Shown here piece after piece: positions 1 through 9,785 of a DNA stretch of 43,599 nucleotides (position 1 is the stretch's first letter; each line of letters begins with the position of its first letter). The notes under the pieces were generated by a model. That model ran no database searches and was not told the origin of the DNA. It saw only the letters and a program-made list of their open reading frames with translations. A program made the position numbers and the translations under genes. The stretch is from an uncultured Nitrososphaeraceae archaeon (GTDB lineage: Archaea; Thermoproteota; Nitrososphaeria; Nitrososphaerales; Nitrososphaeraceae). The stretch spans positions 1 to 43,599 of the forward strand of contig CAVXZB010000056.1 of assembly GCA_963765895.1 (NCBI GenBank), read 5' to 3'.

Positions 1-59
1 AGCATATAATACTAGTATTATCCGGATGTAGCCCCTGATAAAGACCGAGACCAAAAATT

Positions 60-380
60 ATATGACTGATTCAATTCTTCCAATTCCTCGACCAATCTTT
101 CGTATTAGCATAGACCTTGATATCTCAGAATCACTTTTATTGGCAGCTAAATTGATTAAGACAGAGAAGAACAACAATCTTTGGCAGAACTATGACAATT
201 GCTGTATACAATCTCTATGCCACATTTACTCTGATTTATTAGTTTTATACGTATTTTCTTTTCAGAAGACCAGCTTCATTTTATGTTTTCAGAAATAAGA
301 AGAGTACTGAAATCGAACTTCTTTTCTATTAAAAATCATAACAATAGATCGTATGGTAAAGGTATAGAGATAGCACCCTG
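60..380 (+). pseudogene. Class I SAM-dependent methyltransferase remnant, truncated at 3' end
   Basis: Segment (F)SEDQLHFMFSEIRRVLK..FFSIKNHNNRSYGKGIEIA resembles archaeal methyltransferases; the upstream part is broken; similarity stops abruptly at about 380. Confidence 0.5.
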
Positions 381-458
381 GATCTGGACAGTTATGGAAC
401 GAGTCACCGAACTCAATAATTACAGAAAATGGATGTTACTAAGAAATGAACTACCCGC

Positions 459-605
459 TTACTTGCTTATCTTCAGGCGCTTGACTTTGGCCGCTATTAC
501 CGTTGCTAGTGCCGCCATCAGTGCTGTCAGTATCACTGCCACTTCCAGGATCAGAACCCTTGTCGTTGCTTCCACTGCTATCGCTGATAGGTTGCTGTCC
601 ATCAT
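459..605 (-). CDS. 48-aa single-TM protein with basic C-terminus
   Basis: MMDSNLSAIAVEATTRVLILEVAVILTALMAALATVIAAKVKRLKISK; GGAGGAGGGGAG just upstream of the ATG at 605. Confidence 0.5.
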   Translation of the reverse strand: MMDSNLSAIAVEATTRVLILEVAVILTALMAALATVIAAKVKRLKISK

Positions 606-613
606 GGAGTTTT

Positions 614-709
614 TCACTCCCCTCCTCCTGCCGGAACAGGACACTTCCACAGCGTAGGTATACCGTTTCTGTCCCATGCAATAAGCGCTTTAACGCCTTT
701 GTCCACCAT
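614..709 (-). CDS. 31-aa hypothetical protein
   Basis: MVDKGVKALIAWDRNGIPTLWKCPVPAGGGE; fills the gap in the minus-strand ORF string. Confidence 0.3.
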   Translation of the reverse strand: MVDKGVKALIAWDRNGIPTLWKCPVPAGGGE

Positions 710-732
710 GACCCTACTATCTCATCCCCCTA

Positions 733-924
733 CTACTTCCACCAACCCACAAAAACTGGGGTTTGTAGTTCGCTCTTGATGTCCTTGAAGACACCTAGAA
801 CAAACAGCAGGCAGCCGAGACCTATAGCAAGAAGGCCAGGGTTACCCTCTACTGCTCCCAGTGATACTCCTACCGTTGCTATCGCTGCTCCTCCTGTGGT
901 CAGGATCTTGTTTAGTACAGACAT
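733..924 (-). CDS. 63-aa two-TM small membrane protein
   Basis: Two Gly-rich hydrophobic segments; part of the packed ORF string. Confidence 0.5.
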   Translation of the reverse strand: MSVLNKILTTGGAAIATVGVSLGAVEGNPGLLAIGLGCLLFVLGVFKDIKSELQTPVFVGWWK

Positions 925-934
925 ATTGCTACTG

Positions 935-1084
935 CTATCTCGCCTCCTTCAGTTGCTCAAGGTACACTGTAAAGCCTTTCCGTGCTCGCGTCTCTATAAC
1001 CATCAGTGTCTCACGTTTCACAGTCACTGGACCATGAATTACCCTAATCTGGCCCCATTCCTCAATAGCCATCATCGCTTGCAT
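935..1084 (-). CDS. 49-aa hypothetical protein
   Basis: MQAMMAIEEWGQIRVIHGPVTVKRETLMVIETRARKGFTVYLEQLKEAR; starts 5 bp after the upstream stop. Confidence 0.4.
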   Translation of the reverse strand: MQAMMAIEEWGQIRVIHGPVTVKRETLMVIETRARKGFTVYLEQLKEAR

Positions 1085-1089
1085 CTTAC

Positions 1090-1248
1090 TTACTCACTAC
1101 CCCTGCTGCCTGTTGCCTGCTGTTGCTGCTGATGGCGGTGTTCTTCTATCAGCTGGAGTAGGAGCTGGTCATAGGTCTGACCCGTCCTACCGATAACCTT
1201 GAGCTCGTCCCTCGTGGTTGATTCCAGTAGTATGGTTACTTTTGCCAT
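1090..1248 (-). CDS. 52-aa ribbon-helix-helix-like DNA-binding protein
   Basis: MAKVTILLESTTRDELKVIGRTGQTYDQLLLQLIEE matches the archaeal RHH pattern (T-I-x-L...TRD-x-L...G-x-TYD); AAGGAG upstream; below the ORF-track cutoff. Confidence 0.65.
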   Translation of the reverse strand: MAKVTILLESTTRDELKVIGRTGQTYDQLLLQLIEEHRHQQQQQATGSRGSE

Positions 1249-1494
1249 TCTTCTCTCCTTGCTCAATAGTATAATACCATATGCAACGATATAGTGAGTG
1301 GGTCTACAGTGTAATGCTGTGCCTGTTTGGTTGGTTTAGTTACCCTTTTTCTAAACTATTTCAAACGGATCTATAAACTGGTCTACCTATTTCTATACCA
1401 CTCTGCTAGTGGGCTAGTCGCTGCTATCGATTTTACTGGCAGCGTTGCTCCTTTGAGGTACTTTCCAGATTCCTCTAGTAGGAGAATAAAGTGT

Positions 1495-1970
1495 ATGGAG
1501 ATAGAAAAGAAATGACTTAAAGATAAGGTAGGCATACGTACAATACCAACCGCTAACATTGGAGAATTAAAACAACTAATCGAAACCCTGCAAAACGCAC
1601 CAAAAGAAACCACTTTTGTCATATTCAATTCCACCGAGGGGCATTGTACACGAAAAACACAAGTGTTACTATAAGCAGTAAAAACAGTGTACGTTTGGAA
1701 TGGAGTGAGCGAATAGGCATGAATGCCAAATTTAAAACAAAGACTGGGATTATATCACCTAGAAATCAGAAGGACTATCCTACCGCAATAGGAATACTAC
1801 CTGAATTTTGCCTGAATGAATTGAAAGTAATTAGGTCGGCGTTAGTCTTTTTCCGTTTCCTTGTTTTCGAGGAAGCGCCTAATTTCAGGGATTTGGAGCA
1901 GGCCCTAGCGAAAGTTAATAGATTGCTACAGGATAACTCGAATTGGCTACCACTTGTATGTATACCGTAA
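1495..1970 (+). pseudogene. Disrupted hypothetical gene
   Basis: AGGAG upstream, then MEIEKK*LKDKVGIRTIPTANIGELKQLIETL..., with a possible frameshift in the G run near 1640 into ORF 1644-1970. Confidence 0.3.
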
Positions 1971-2017
1971 TGTTTTTTGTAAACTAACTAAAGACATGGT
2001 TTGGTTAGTGATATAAT

Positions 2018-2324
2018 ATGAGTAGTAAGTTACTATTTTTGGTTATTATTGCTGCCTGCAATACCAATAACTGTCTTAATAAGGACTAGCACAATAGGGG
2101 TAAAAGCACAGTCACTAAATGAAGTTAATCTGACCAGGATAAAAATAGGACAGGAATTTGTAAAAGAATGTAATAAAGAGGTTGGTAGAAATCCTAACGC
2201 ATACTTAACATTTATGGCATCAGTCAAATGTACCAATGCACTAAATAAATTAAAAAATATGACTGATGGTGGCGAGATTTATAGAGAGACTATGAATGTA
2301 CAGTTGGCATTAGCAAATTGGTAG
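2018..2324 (+). pseudogene. Secreted hypothetical protein, frameshift in signal peptide
   Basis: Removing one T from the run at 2036-2040 gives MSSKLLFWLLLLPAIPITVLI...VKAQS joined to ORF 2049-2324. Confidence 0.4.
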
Positions 2325-2357
2325 GATAGCCACATGAACTAGATCAAACTTCCGTTA

Positions 2358-2486
2358 ATTCTAGAAAGACAAACACATGATGAAATTCTACCCAGAGTAG
2401 AATATAGATTAACCAACAAGGGACAGGAGTTAGTAGAATCTGTTATCTATCTATTAAACTGGATGAAAAAATGGGCAAAAGACTAG
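2358..2486 (+). pseudogene. HxlR-family winged-HTH regulator, C-terminal remnant
   Basis: ILERQTHDEILPRVEYRLTNKGQELVESVIYLLNWMKKW*; paralogous to 19540-19691. Confidence 0.85.
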
Positions 2487-2864
2487 TGAAATATGCATAT
2501 GTAAAACTCAAGAATAAAAAATATATCTGTCAAAATGAAGTGTCAATGAAGAATAGTTGCTTATGCTTTACGCATAGAAACAGAATTAATTATGAAAATA
2601 GTCTGGGATTGTAATAAAGACAATACAGCAGATAGGTTATGTTGATGTGCCACAGGTGGGGTTCAAGAGATAATATAGAAATTGTAGGTATGAACGAGCA
2701 TGATAACCTGAGTAATAGTGAGAAGATGATGACAAAGAGCCAAACAAAACTGGAAAATTCATGCTAACTGTCTATGGCAGAAATCTCACTCAAAAATTTG
2801 TCGCAAGCTCTTTTTGTCTCATGTGACAATGTTATATGTAGGAATATATCAATTAATAAGAAAC

Positions 2865-3588
2865 ATGAACAAGAATAGAAATTTATATACTCTATCGTTG
2901 CTTTTCATCTTCCTATCTATTTCATTAATATCTGCACAAAATCTCATTAAAATTACTAACTCATTGCCTGTTTACGCTCTGAGTTCAAAAGCAAAAATAA
3001 TCGAGATAGTTACAAAAAATGTTAAGTCTAGACAACAAGATAATGGAATACAAGCGTCAGGCCACTTTGCAAATAATCAAATACAAAATGGTTCAGTAAC
3101 ATGGATACAGGGGTGGTTTATGGGATCTCGTAGTACGTAATGATACTAATATGACTAACCAGATCTCTAAAAATACAAGTGCTCCTACTCCATCTCCCAA
3201 AGCCGCTTTTTCAGCTAATTTTACTATGGTAAAACCTGATGGTGGCGAATCTCATATGCATTCAATTAATAATTTCGTATCAAATGATGTGATAATTGGT
3301 GGTGGCGATTTGGTAATTACTGGAATTGGAAATATTTATTCTGATGGCGCTATAAAGTTCAAGCAGGTTCCTATTACTGTGCATCTTATGGGAAGACAGC
3401 ATGTACTTGGTCTTATCATAGATACAGTCAAAACGGAAAATCATTTTGCAAGTACTCATGAAATGTTTGGTACATTAATAAACGGTACAGGATTGGAGAA
3501 GATTGAAAAGACGCTAGCACCAACAAAGTTACAGTCGCCGGAGCAGCAAAACAGAAAAAGTATGAATATGTCTATGAGTATGAGATAA
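2865..3588 (+). pseudogene. Secreted hypothetical protein with Met-rich tail, one frameshift
   Basis: Signal peptide; removing one G near 3111 gives WIQGGLWDLVVRNDTNMTNQ, joining ORFs 2814-3140 and 3151-3588. Confidence 0.7.
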
Positions 3589-3683
3589 ATTCTTCATAGG
3601 CCTGGGTCACAGCCCCTTTTCCAAATTCAATGCTTAAAACCTTTGCTTCCTAACACATGTATTAACAATATTATCAATCAAAA

Positions 3684-4216
3684 AATGTTTACAGTTGGAT
3701 TAATAGCAACTGCTATTTTTCTTAGGAGCCACAATGACTCTCTTCATTAGTGGTATTAGTACTGCCTCGATAGCAAATGCACAACAAACAACCGCAGCAT
3801 CAAAGCACGTTGTAAGAGATTCTGCGACAATCTTGTTAGAGGGAAAATCCATTCCTGCTAAAGGTTTCATACACCTTTACGATACTACCCCATATATGAT
3901 AACAAATGTGCATATAGTCGCAAATATTCCTTGTGACACCAGTTCCGTCAGCCCATTAAAGATATTAATAGGACAAGCTCCGGATGTAAAACCTTCTCAA
4001 CTTGAATTAGTAAAGCCATTATCAAGTCCTGGTAAATTATGTATTTACCATGTGGATGTGAATTCTAAACCTGGAAATCCAATTACGGATATTGCAATAC
4101 AAAATCCTACAGGAAATACGATGACACTACCACCTGCTAGTACAGTTGTAATAGGTGTAAATGAAATCAGTCCGTTACCATCATCGGCTAGCATGCAAGG
4201 AAATATGACCAAGTAG
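3684..4216 (+). CDS. Secreted conserved-type thaumarchaeal protein (signal peptide frameshifted; ORF open from 3734)
   Basis: MFTVGLIATAIF/LGATMTLFISG across the T run at 3716-3720; FIHLYDTTPY, HIVANIPCD and CIYHVD motifs. Confidence 0.7.
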
Positions 4217-4480
4217 AGATGGTCTAAAAGGATTTCTAATCCTCCCCTTTATTTTTCATTTCTAAATGCTAAGTAACCATCAAGGATCATTTTTAATATT
4301 CAAATTCTATCAGGTTGGGATGACACTTTGCGAAAATAGTTATATAGGTAACAGGATAAGAAGGAGTAAAAGTTCAAGGCTTGCTATATTATACTTTTGA
4401 TCTTGTCTATTTTTAGTATTATAATAAAAATGTAAAAAAATTCATCCTGAAATAAGCTCTATTTCTTGGACTAATTTATA

Positions 4481-4828
4481 CTATTTAAGAGCCTGATCTG
4501 CTGCATTCAAGTGCATCATTGTTCCTTGATTGTCTCCATTCTTTAGCGCTTGAATTCCTTGATCCAAGTGCATCTTTGCAGATTGATCGGAAGCACTAGT
4601 AAGACCCTGATCTGCTGCATTCAAGTGCATCATTGCTCCTTGATTATCGCCACTTTTTAATGCCTTAAGCCCTTCCTCCAAACGCATTTTCGGTGTTATT
4701 GTCTGTGCAAATACTGACGGCGCGCCGCTGAAACCAGCATTGGCTAGTATAGAGAAACCGAGTGCTACTGAAAGCAGGAGACTTACACACAATACAGTGT
4801 TCTTTCTCATTAGGAAAACCATTCTCAA
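4481..4828 (-). CDS. Secreted protein with two helical repeats
   Basis: Signal peptide ending VFA; repeat L(E/D)xG(L/I)xALKxGDNQGxMMHLNAADQ twice; DNA duplication at about 4492-4545 and 4606-4660. Confidence 0.8.
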   Translation of the reverse strand: MRMVFLMRKNTVLCVSLLLSVALGFSILANAGFSGAPSVFAQTITPKMRLEEGLKALKSGDNQGAMMHLNAADQGLTSASDQSAKMHLDQGIQALKNGDNQGTMMHLNAADQALK

Positions 4829-5203
4829 TATTTTATATAAATATTATCTGGCTAAAATCAAAATTCAAAAGATATAGATTTGGTGTATCAATCCATTTAT
4901 ACCTTCATAAGTATAGGCTTACTAAATACTAGGCATGCTTACCACAATGTGTTACTTCATATCCAATATAGACGTATTTTTATTATCTAACGGTATTTGG
5001 TTACCGTCGTTAACAATTTATAAAAACGACCTCTATCATCGCTGTTAGTAATAGTAGGTTTTACAATAGGATATAAGATTATATCATGAATACAGGATCT
5101 TGTTACCAAATGACATAGCTTATAACACGTTATTGCTATATTCAGAACAATCTGACAAAAAAGAAAAGGGCGCAATTTTTTGCCTCAAATAATCATTTAG
5201 TCG

Positions 5204-5410
5204 TTATTGTTGTCTTTCTAGACCTGGAGGATAATTTGGGGGCCTTCCAGTGAATAATTTTCAGTTTGGTAAATCCCCACAATGATGTCTAGTAGGAGGA
5301 TCTGCTTGCGCATTCGAGACCGAGTTAGTAATTGTTGCCAACGCGACTCCGATCACTGCGAATAGCACGATTGCAGCAGTCAGCCCTACTTTTGTTATTT
5401 GATGTCTCAT
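5204..5410 (-). pseudogene. Small secreted peptide, 49 aa to a TGA at 5261-5263, 68 codons if read through
   Basis: MRHQITKVGLTAAIVLFAVIGVALATITNSVSNAQADPPTRHHCGDLPN*KLFTGRPPNYPPGLERQQ*. Confidence 0.5.
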
Positions 5411-5519
5411 AAAAGTTCTTTAAACGACATTTTTAATAACAATTGTATGTGGGATAAAGAAATAAAAAGTTTGATAAGGGATGCGAATCAACATATTAAC
5501 TTTCGCTAATATTATATAT

Positions 5520-5700
5520 CTGATGATATCGGATTTTAGTACATCCTGGGTAACCATATCGGAAACAATGTTTCTTACCAACGATATGCGGCGCGCTGGA
5601 TTATAAAAATTATTGAAAATGCTGCGTGCTAGATATAGACCGATGTCCCAGGCTGGTGATAGAATTTATGTGCATTTCGATCGCCAGGCGCGCACAAAAT
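5520..5700 (+). repeat. Dispersed structured repeat, right part, copy A
   Basis: 5580-5700 aligns clearly with 14447-14564; weaker similarity extends back to about 5520. Confidence 0.8.
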
Positions 5701-5705
5701 GCACT

Positions 5706-6573
5706 TTATCTATCAAATTTATCATATGTTAGAAAGGTACGGATTCTTTCATATACGATAGCTGTCTTCTCAATAAATGGTGCATGGCCAGCGTCAGGTA
5801 TAATTACTAGGCGAGCATTCGGAGATCCCGTAAAAATTTCTCGGCATATTCCTTGAGACTGATCCAATTGTCATTAGCGTCCCATAGATTAAACATGGGA
5901 CATCTTCGATTACCTTTAACCGATCAGATCCAATCCGATTTCTAGTACTGTCATCGAATGCATAATTAAATGCATATAGCGCTCCTGGCTTTTCAATAGT
6001 ATCAAGAAATATTCCCACAACCATGGGAAGCAAAGCTGAGGATAATGAGTACATGCCTTCAAATACCTTTTTCAATTTTTCATATTTCAATATTGGATTA
6101 GGCTCATTTGCAGCATCACGATATGAACTTAACAGAGGAGTTGGCCCATCCAACTTTCCTGAGGGATCTACTAATACAAGTTTTTCTACTAGATCCTTGT
6201 TTTTAAATGCAAACTGTAATGCAATATACCCGCCCAATGAATGACCCACTATACAGATCTTCTCATCCTTTACATCAATTGCCTGAAGAAAATCGAAAAT
6301 AAACCCGCTAAAACCTTTGATAGAATAGTCTGCAGTTGTTGGCTTTTCACTTCCACCGAACCCTATCAAATCAACAGATATTGTGTGGAAATGTTCTGAC
6401 AGCGCATCAGGAATATCTCGCCAACCGACCAATGATGCTCCAATACCATGTATGAACAAAACATGCTTTTCTTTATTCTTTGATTCACTATAGAATATTT
6501 TGTGTCCATTCACATTTGCTACTTTATATTCATTCTTTCCTATCACATATTTTTCCAAGTCAAATTTATTCAA
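5706..6573 (-). pseudogene. Alpha/beta hydrolase, two C-terminal frameshifts
   Basis: FIHGIG, DLIGFGGS and GHSLGG nucleophile motif; the catalytic His segment IIPDAGHAPFIEK lies in a shifted frame ending at 5706. Confidence 0.88.
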
Positions 6574-6599
6574 TTAATAGCAAACTACTCTATTATTGA

Positions 6600-6693
6600 A
6601 TTAATATAAGGATTGGCAAAACATGCGTGTTAATTTATTCGACCCACAGAGCTGGTAAATTGTGTATGTAGCTATCATGAGGCGCGCCCAATA
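6600..6693 (+). repeat. Dispersed structured repeat, right part, degenerate copy C
   Basis: AAATTGTGTATGTAGCTATCATGAGGCGCGCCCAAT matches the last hairpin of copies A and B; TGCGTG and GCTGGT are shared with copy A. Confidence 0.6.
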
Positions 6694-6896
6694 GCGTGTT
6701 CTATAGAGGAGTAAGACCCTAGCGGTACGATGAGAAAGCTAATGAGATGTTGAGGCGAGCCTGCTCATATTTCCAGCCGCCAAGCAAATCAGCTATACAT
6801 ATACAAGACCAGCCTGCGGGTTCAATAAATGCTAAAACTATCAGCACTTGTAATGGATTTGCACTCAGAAATAATCTGTCGACTCTGCAACTTGAT

Positions 6897-6990
6897 GATA
6901 TCTATAGTTAGTAGCAATTAATAGATGTGAACCAATGTATTTAATTCTGTTAATTCTGTTAATACAGGTAAGTTCTATCAAATCGGACGA
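6897..6990 (+). repeat. Dispersed repeat, left part
   Basis: TGATATCTATAG.TAGTA...GTGAAC..TGTATTTAATTCTGTTAATAC.GG shared with 14308-14392; 9-bp internal duplication TTAATTCTG. Confidence 0.8.
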
Positions 6991-7015
6991 CGTCTGATCC
7001 TTCTTTACCTAGTTG

Positions 7016-7562
7016 CTAGTTGCCTGTTGTAAGTACACATCTAAACCTGGCTTTGCCACTCATCATAGATTCATAGGCGTCTGCTGCAGATTCAAGCGGA
7101 AAGACCTCATTCATTGACCTTACACCAGAAAGAACACTGAAGGAGAGTGTATCTTGTGAATCGATTGAAGTGCCACTAGGCCAACCCATAATCGATCTAC
7201 GTCCAGATATCAATAAGAGTGGAGATACTTCAATGTTTTCATCACCAGCACCTATAACGATAAGACCGTCGTAAGAAATTCCAGATACAACTGCATACTT
7301 GCACTTAAGAAAGTCTCCACGTCTGTCCAGGTTTCCACCCAATAACATCTTTGCCTACTTCATCTATTACACCTGCTACTTCATGTCCAGGAACTCTTGG
7401 ATATTGTATGCCTGGAAACAACCCTTGTTTAGTAATAGAATCACCATGGCAGATCCCGCAGGCTTGAACTTTGATACGTACCTGTCCCCCACTAGGTTCT
7501 GGAATATCTCGGTCCACAGTTTCAAATGGACCATTAGCTTTAGAAACTTGAGCCGAACGCAT
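7016..7562 (-). pseudogene. Zn-dependent alcohol dehydrogenase with large internal deletion
   Basis: N-terminal ACGICHGD and PGHEVAG fused almost directly to C-terminal GKARFRCVL; the middle, including the Rossmann motif, is missing. Confidence 0.9.
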
Positions 7563-7659
7563 ATGTACGAAAATAATATTAGACTATATAATTTAATAGT
7601 GATCGGTACAATGTAAAGGAAATGTACTCATCATCATACTGTTGTAACATACTGATGGC

Positions 7660-8035
7660 CAGATTCTTCCTGTCTTGAGAGTTCCTGGGAACAATAAATT
7701 CTAAATGTGGAGAAGCTGTCCGAATTATACAACTATGGTATGGTCAAAGACCTGCAATAAACTATCTTTTGCGTGATTTTAGAAGATGGCTAATTAATGA
7801 AAAGATGAAGCAGAGACTAGCAAGTGGTAGGAAGGCGCGCATTAAGACCGCACGTTCAAATACAATTCGGTGGATCGAAAAGTTACTACAAACTCCATCA
7901 AGTGACTACAGGAAATTTGCAGTGTGGCGTATCCTGGCACTTTATCTTATTACTATAGAAAATGTTTTACTGATGAAGCTTCTAATGTATTAGAAACCGG
8001 CTTGACATATGTCATAACTTAAGGTAACTAGACTT
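7660..8035 (+). pseudogene. Primase (PriX-like) fragment
   Basis: LRVPGTINSK, RPAINYLLRDFRRWL and IRWIEKLLQTP..DYRKFAVWRILA motifs in broken frames. Confidence 0.65.
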
Positions 8036-8119
8036 TAGTTTTGCACTCGTCAGCAGCAGGAATCGAGCTAACTCACATTATAATAGAGATGCTTTAAGTT
8101 GTCATTATAATACCATAAG

Positions 8120-8488
8120 TCAATTTTCGCTAATTAGGATTAGTCTATTATTAAATTCGATAGCAAGGCTTTTTTGTCTTAGTCTAGAACGAATATCGTT
8201 TGCAAAGTTTATCATATTTTGCTCATCTATATCCGATGTGTGTATTTCAGCACGGATATACTTGACAGGTTCAAATTTGCCTTCAAAATAACCGTCAAAC
8301 TCGATTAGTGACATTCCTCTATATTTGGAAGCCATATCTCTGACTACCTCAAGGTATCCTTCAACTCTGGGTAAATAGAACTTAATGGAATCAGATAGTA
8401 CTTCTACCTTAAAATCATCTGGGTGCTTGTCTTTGATTTCATTCATAACACCTATATTTTTGTTGAAGGTATCCAAATTCTTTGTCAT
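8120..8488 (-). CDS. Hypothetical protein, possibly GlnB/DUF3574-like fold
   Basis: Intact 122-aa ORF divergent from the HAD gene; alternating alpha/beta pattern ending LRQKSLAIEFNN. Confidence 0.7.
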   Translation of the reverse strand: MTKNLDTFNKNIGVMNEIKDKHPDDFKVEVLSDSIKFYLPRVEGYLEVVRDMASKYRGMSLIEFDGYFEGKFEPVKYIRAEIHTSDIDEQNMINFANDIRSRLRQKSLAIEFNNRLILISEN

Positions 8489-8590
8489 TCAAGGCATGAT
8501 TAGACATACCATTAAACATTTGGAATGCAGTTAGTAATTACACGATCAGTTGATTATTATTAATGTCTTTTTACTGTTTTTCTATTACAT

Positions 8591-9301
8591 ATGAAGGCCA
8601 TAATCTTTGACATGGATGGTGTGCTAGTAGATGCAATGCCATTTCATTATGAAGCAATGAAGTCTGCAGTTAAAGAAATAACTAGTATTGATTTAGATAA
8701 AAGGACATTTTATCTACTTGAAGGAATGCCTGTTGAAGAATTGGCCCTAGAAATATTCAAACTAAAAGGATATCTTGTTGATGATAGCGGCAAGAAAGAC
8801 AACATATCCAACCAGAAATCAGAAGAGGTAGCAAAAAGAAAAAAAGAAATATTCAGAGAAATGAACATAATACCAAAACCATACGATGGTGTAAGGGAAT
8901 TAATAAGTGATGATTTTAGGGGCTGCTTGAAAGCTGTTGTAAGTGGTGCAGCAAAACAAGAGGTTGATGCTATTATAGAACGAAATTTTGGAAAAGATAA
9001 TTTTGATCTAATTATGAATGGTGATGAACTTGGAGGAAAAGGAAAGCCTGATCCTGCACCATTTAAAGTAGCATTACAAAAGCTAAATTTAGACAATAAT
9101 GAGGCGTTGGTAGTAGAGAATGCACCGCTTGGGATAAAATCAGCTAAGGATGCAGGCATTCAGTCTATTGTTACATTGAATATATCTCCTCTTGCTATAG
9201 ACGATTTTAAAGACTTGATATCAGAAGACAGAATATTCAAAGATACCAAATCAGCAGGGCGATTTCTAAAGAAATGGTGCATTAGTGGCAATGAAAGTTA
9301 A
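8591..9301 (+). CDS. HAD-superfamily phosphatase (beta-phosphoglucomutase-like)
   Basis: FDMDGVLVD, VVSG, GKPDPAPF and VVENAPLGI motifs. Confidence 0.92.
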   Translation: MKAIIFDMDGVLVDAMPFHYEAMKSAVKEITSIDLDKRTFYLLEGMPVEELALEIFKLKGYLVDDSGKKDNISNQKSEEVAKRKKEIFREMNIIPKPYDGVRELISDDFRGCLKAVVSGAAKQEVDAIIERNFGKDNFDLIMNGDELGGKGKPDPAPFKVALQKLNLDNNEALVVENAPLGIKSAKDAGIQSIVTLNISPLAIDDFKDLISEDRIFKDTKSAGRFLKKWCISGNES

Positions 9302-9785
9302 AGAAACTGCCTGAATGTCAAAGGATGACTGTTGAAAAGAGCCTTCAGTGTTGTTCCTGAATTTCTACAAATCCAATTCAAGAGACTATTAGTGGTTGAT
9401 GCTACAAGATCATATGTTTAGGAAATTTGCGTAGTATCTCTATTAAAAAACCAATCAATCTCATCTGTTTAGATGTAGTTTTAACGTAAGCTCTTTTATA
9501 GTATTTAGTTGAGTCCACAACAACTTGAGCAGTATACCAAAAGAAGAAGGAGAAGAATTAGAAGCAACTGAAGACGAAGAGGAATTACAAGAAGAGGGAA
9601 ACAAATCTGAAATACAAGATAACGAACCTCCACCTACAGCTTAACAAGGACAAACAAAATTCACGATAAAGACGGTTATAAAAAATAGCTTCAACTATAT
9701 TTTTTATCATGGAATTTATCTACTTCAAGTATCGACAATCTGATTTTGACTTGCACTTTCACTGTAAAGCGCAAATCTAGTAGTT

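Larger units (their letters stand above)
380..2357. mobile_element. Putative virus/plasmid-derived insert of small ORFs
   Basis: Lies between two truncated host-type genes; left half visibly GC-richer; tightly packed small ORFs, several with GGAG/AGGAG motifs upstream. Confidence 0.45.

Noticed and set aside
503-1132. 209-aa plus-strand ORF
   Set aside because: Antisense shadow of the better-supported minus-strand small ORFs; odd composition
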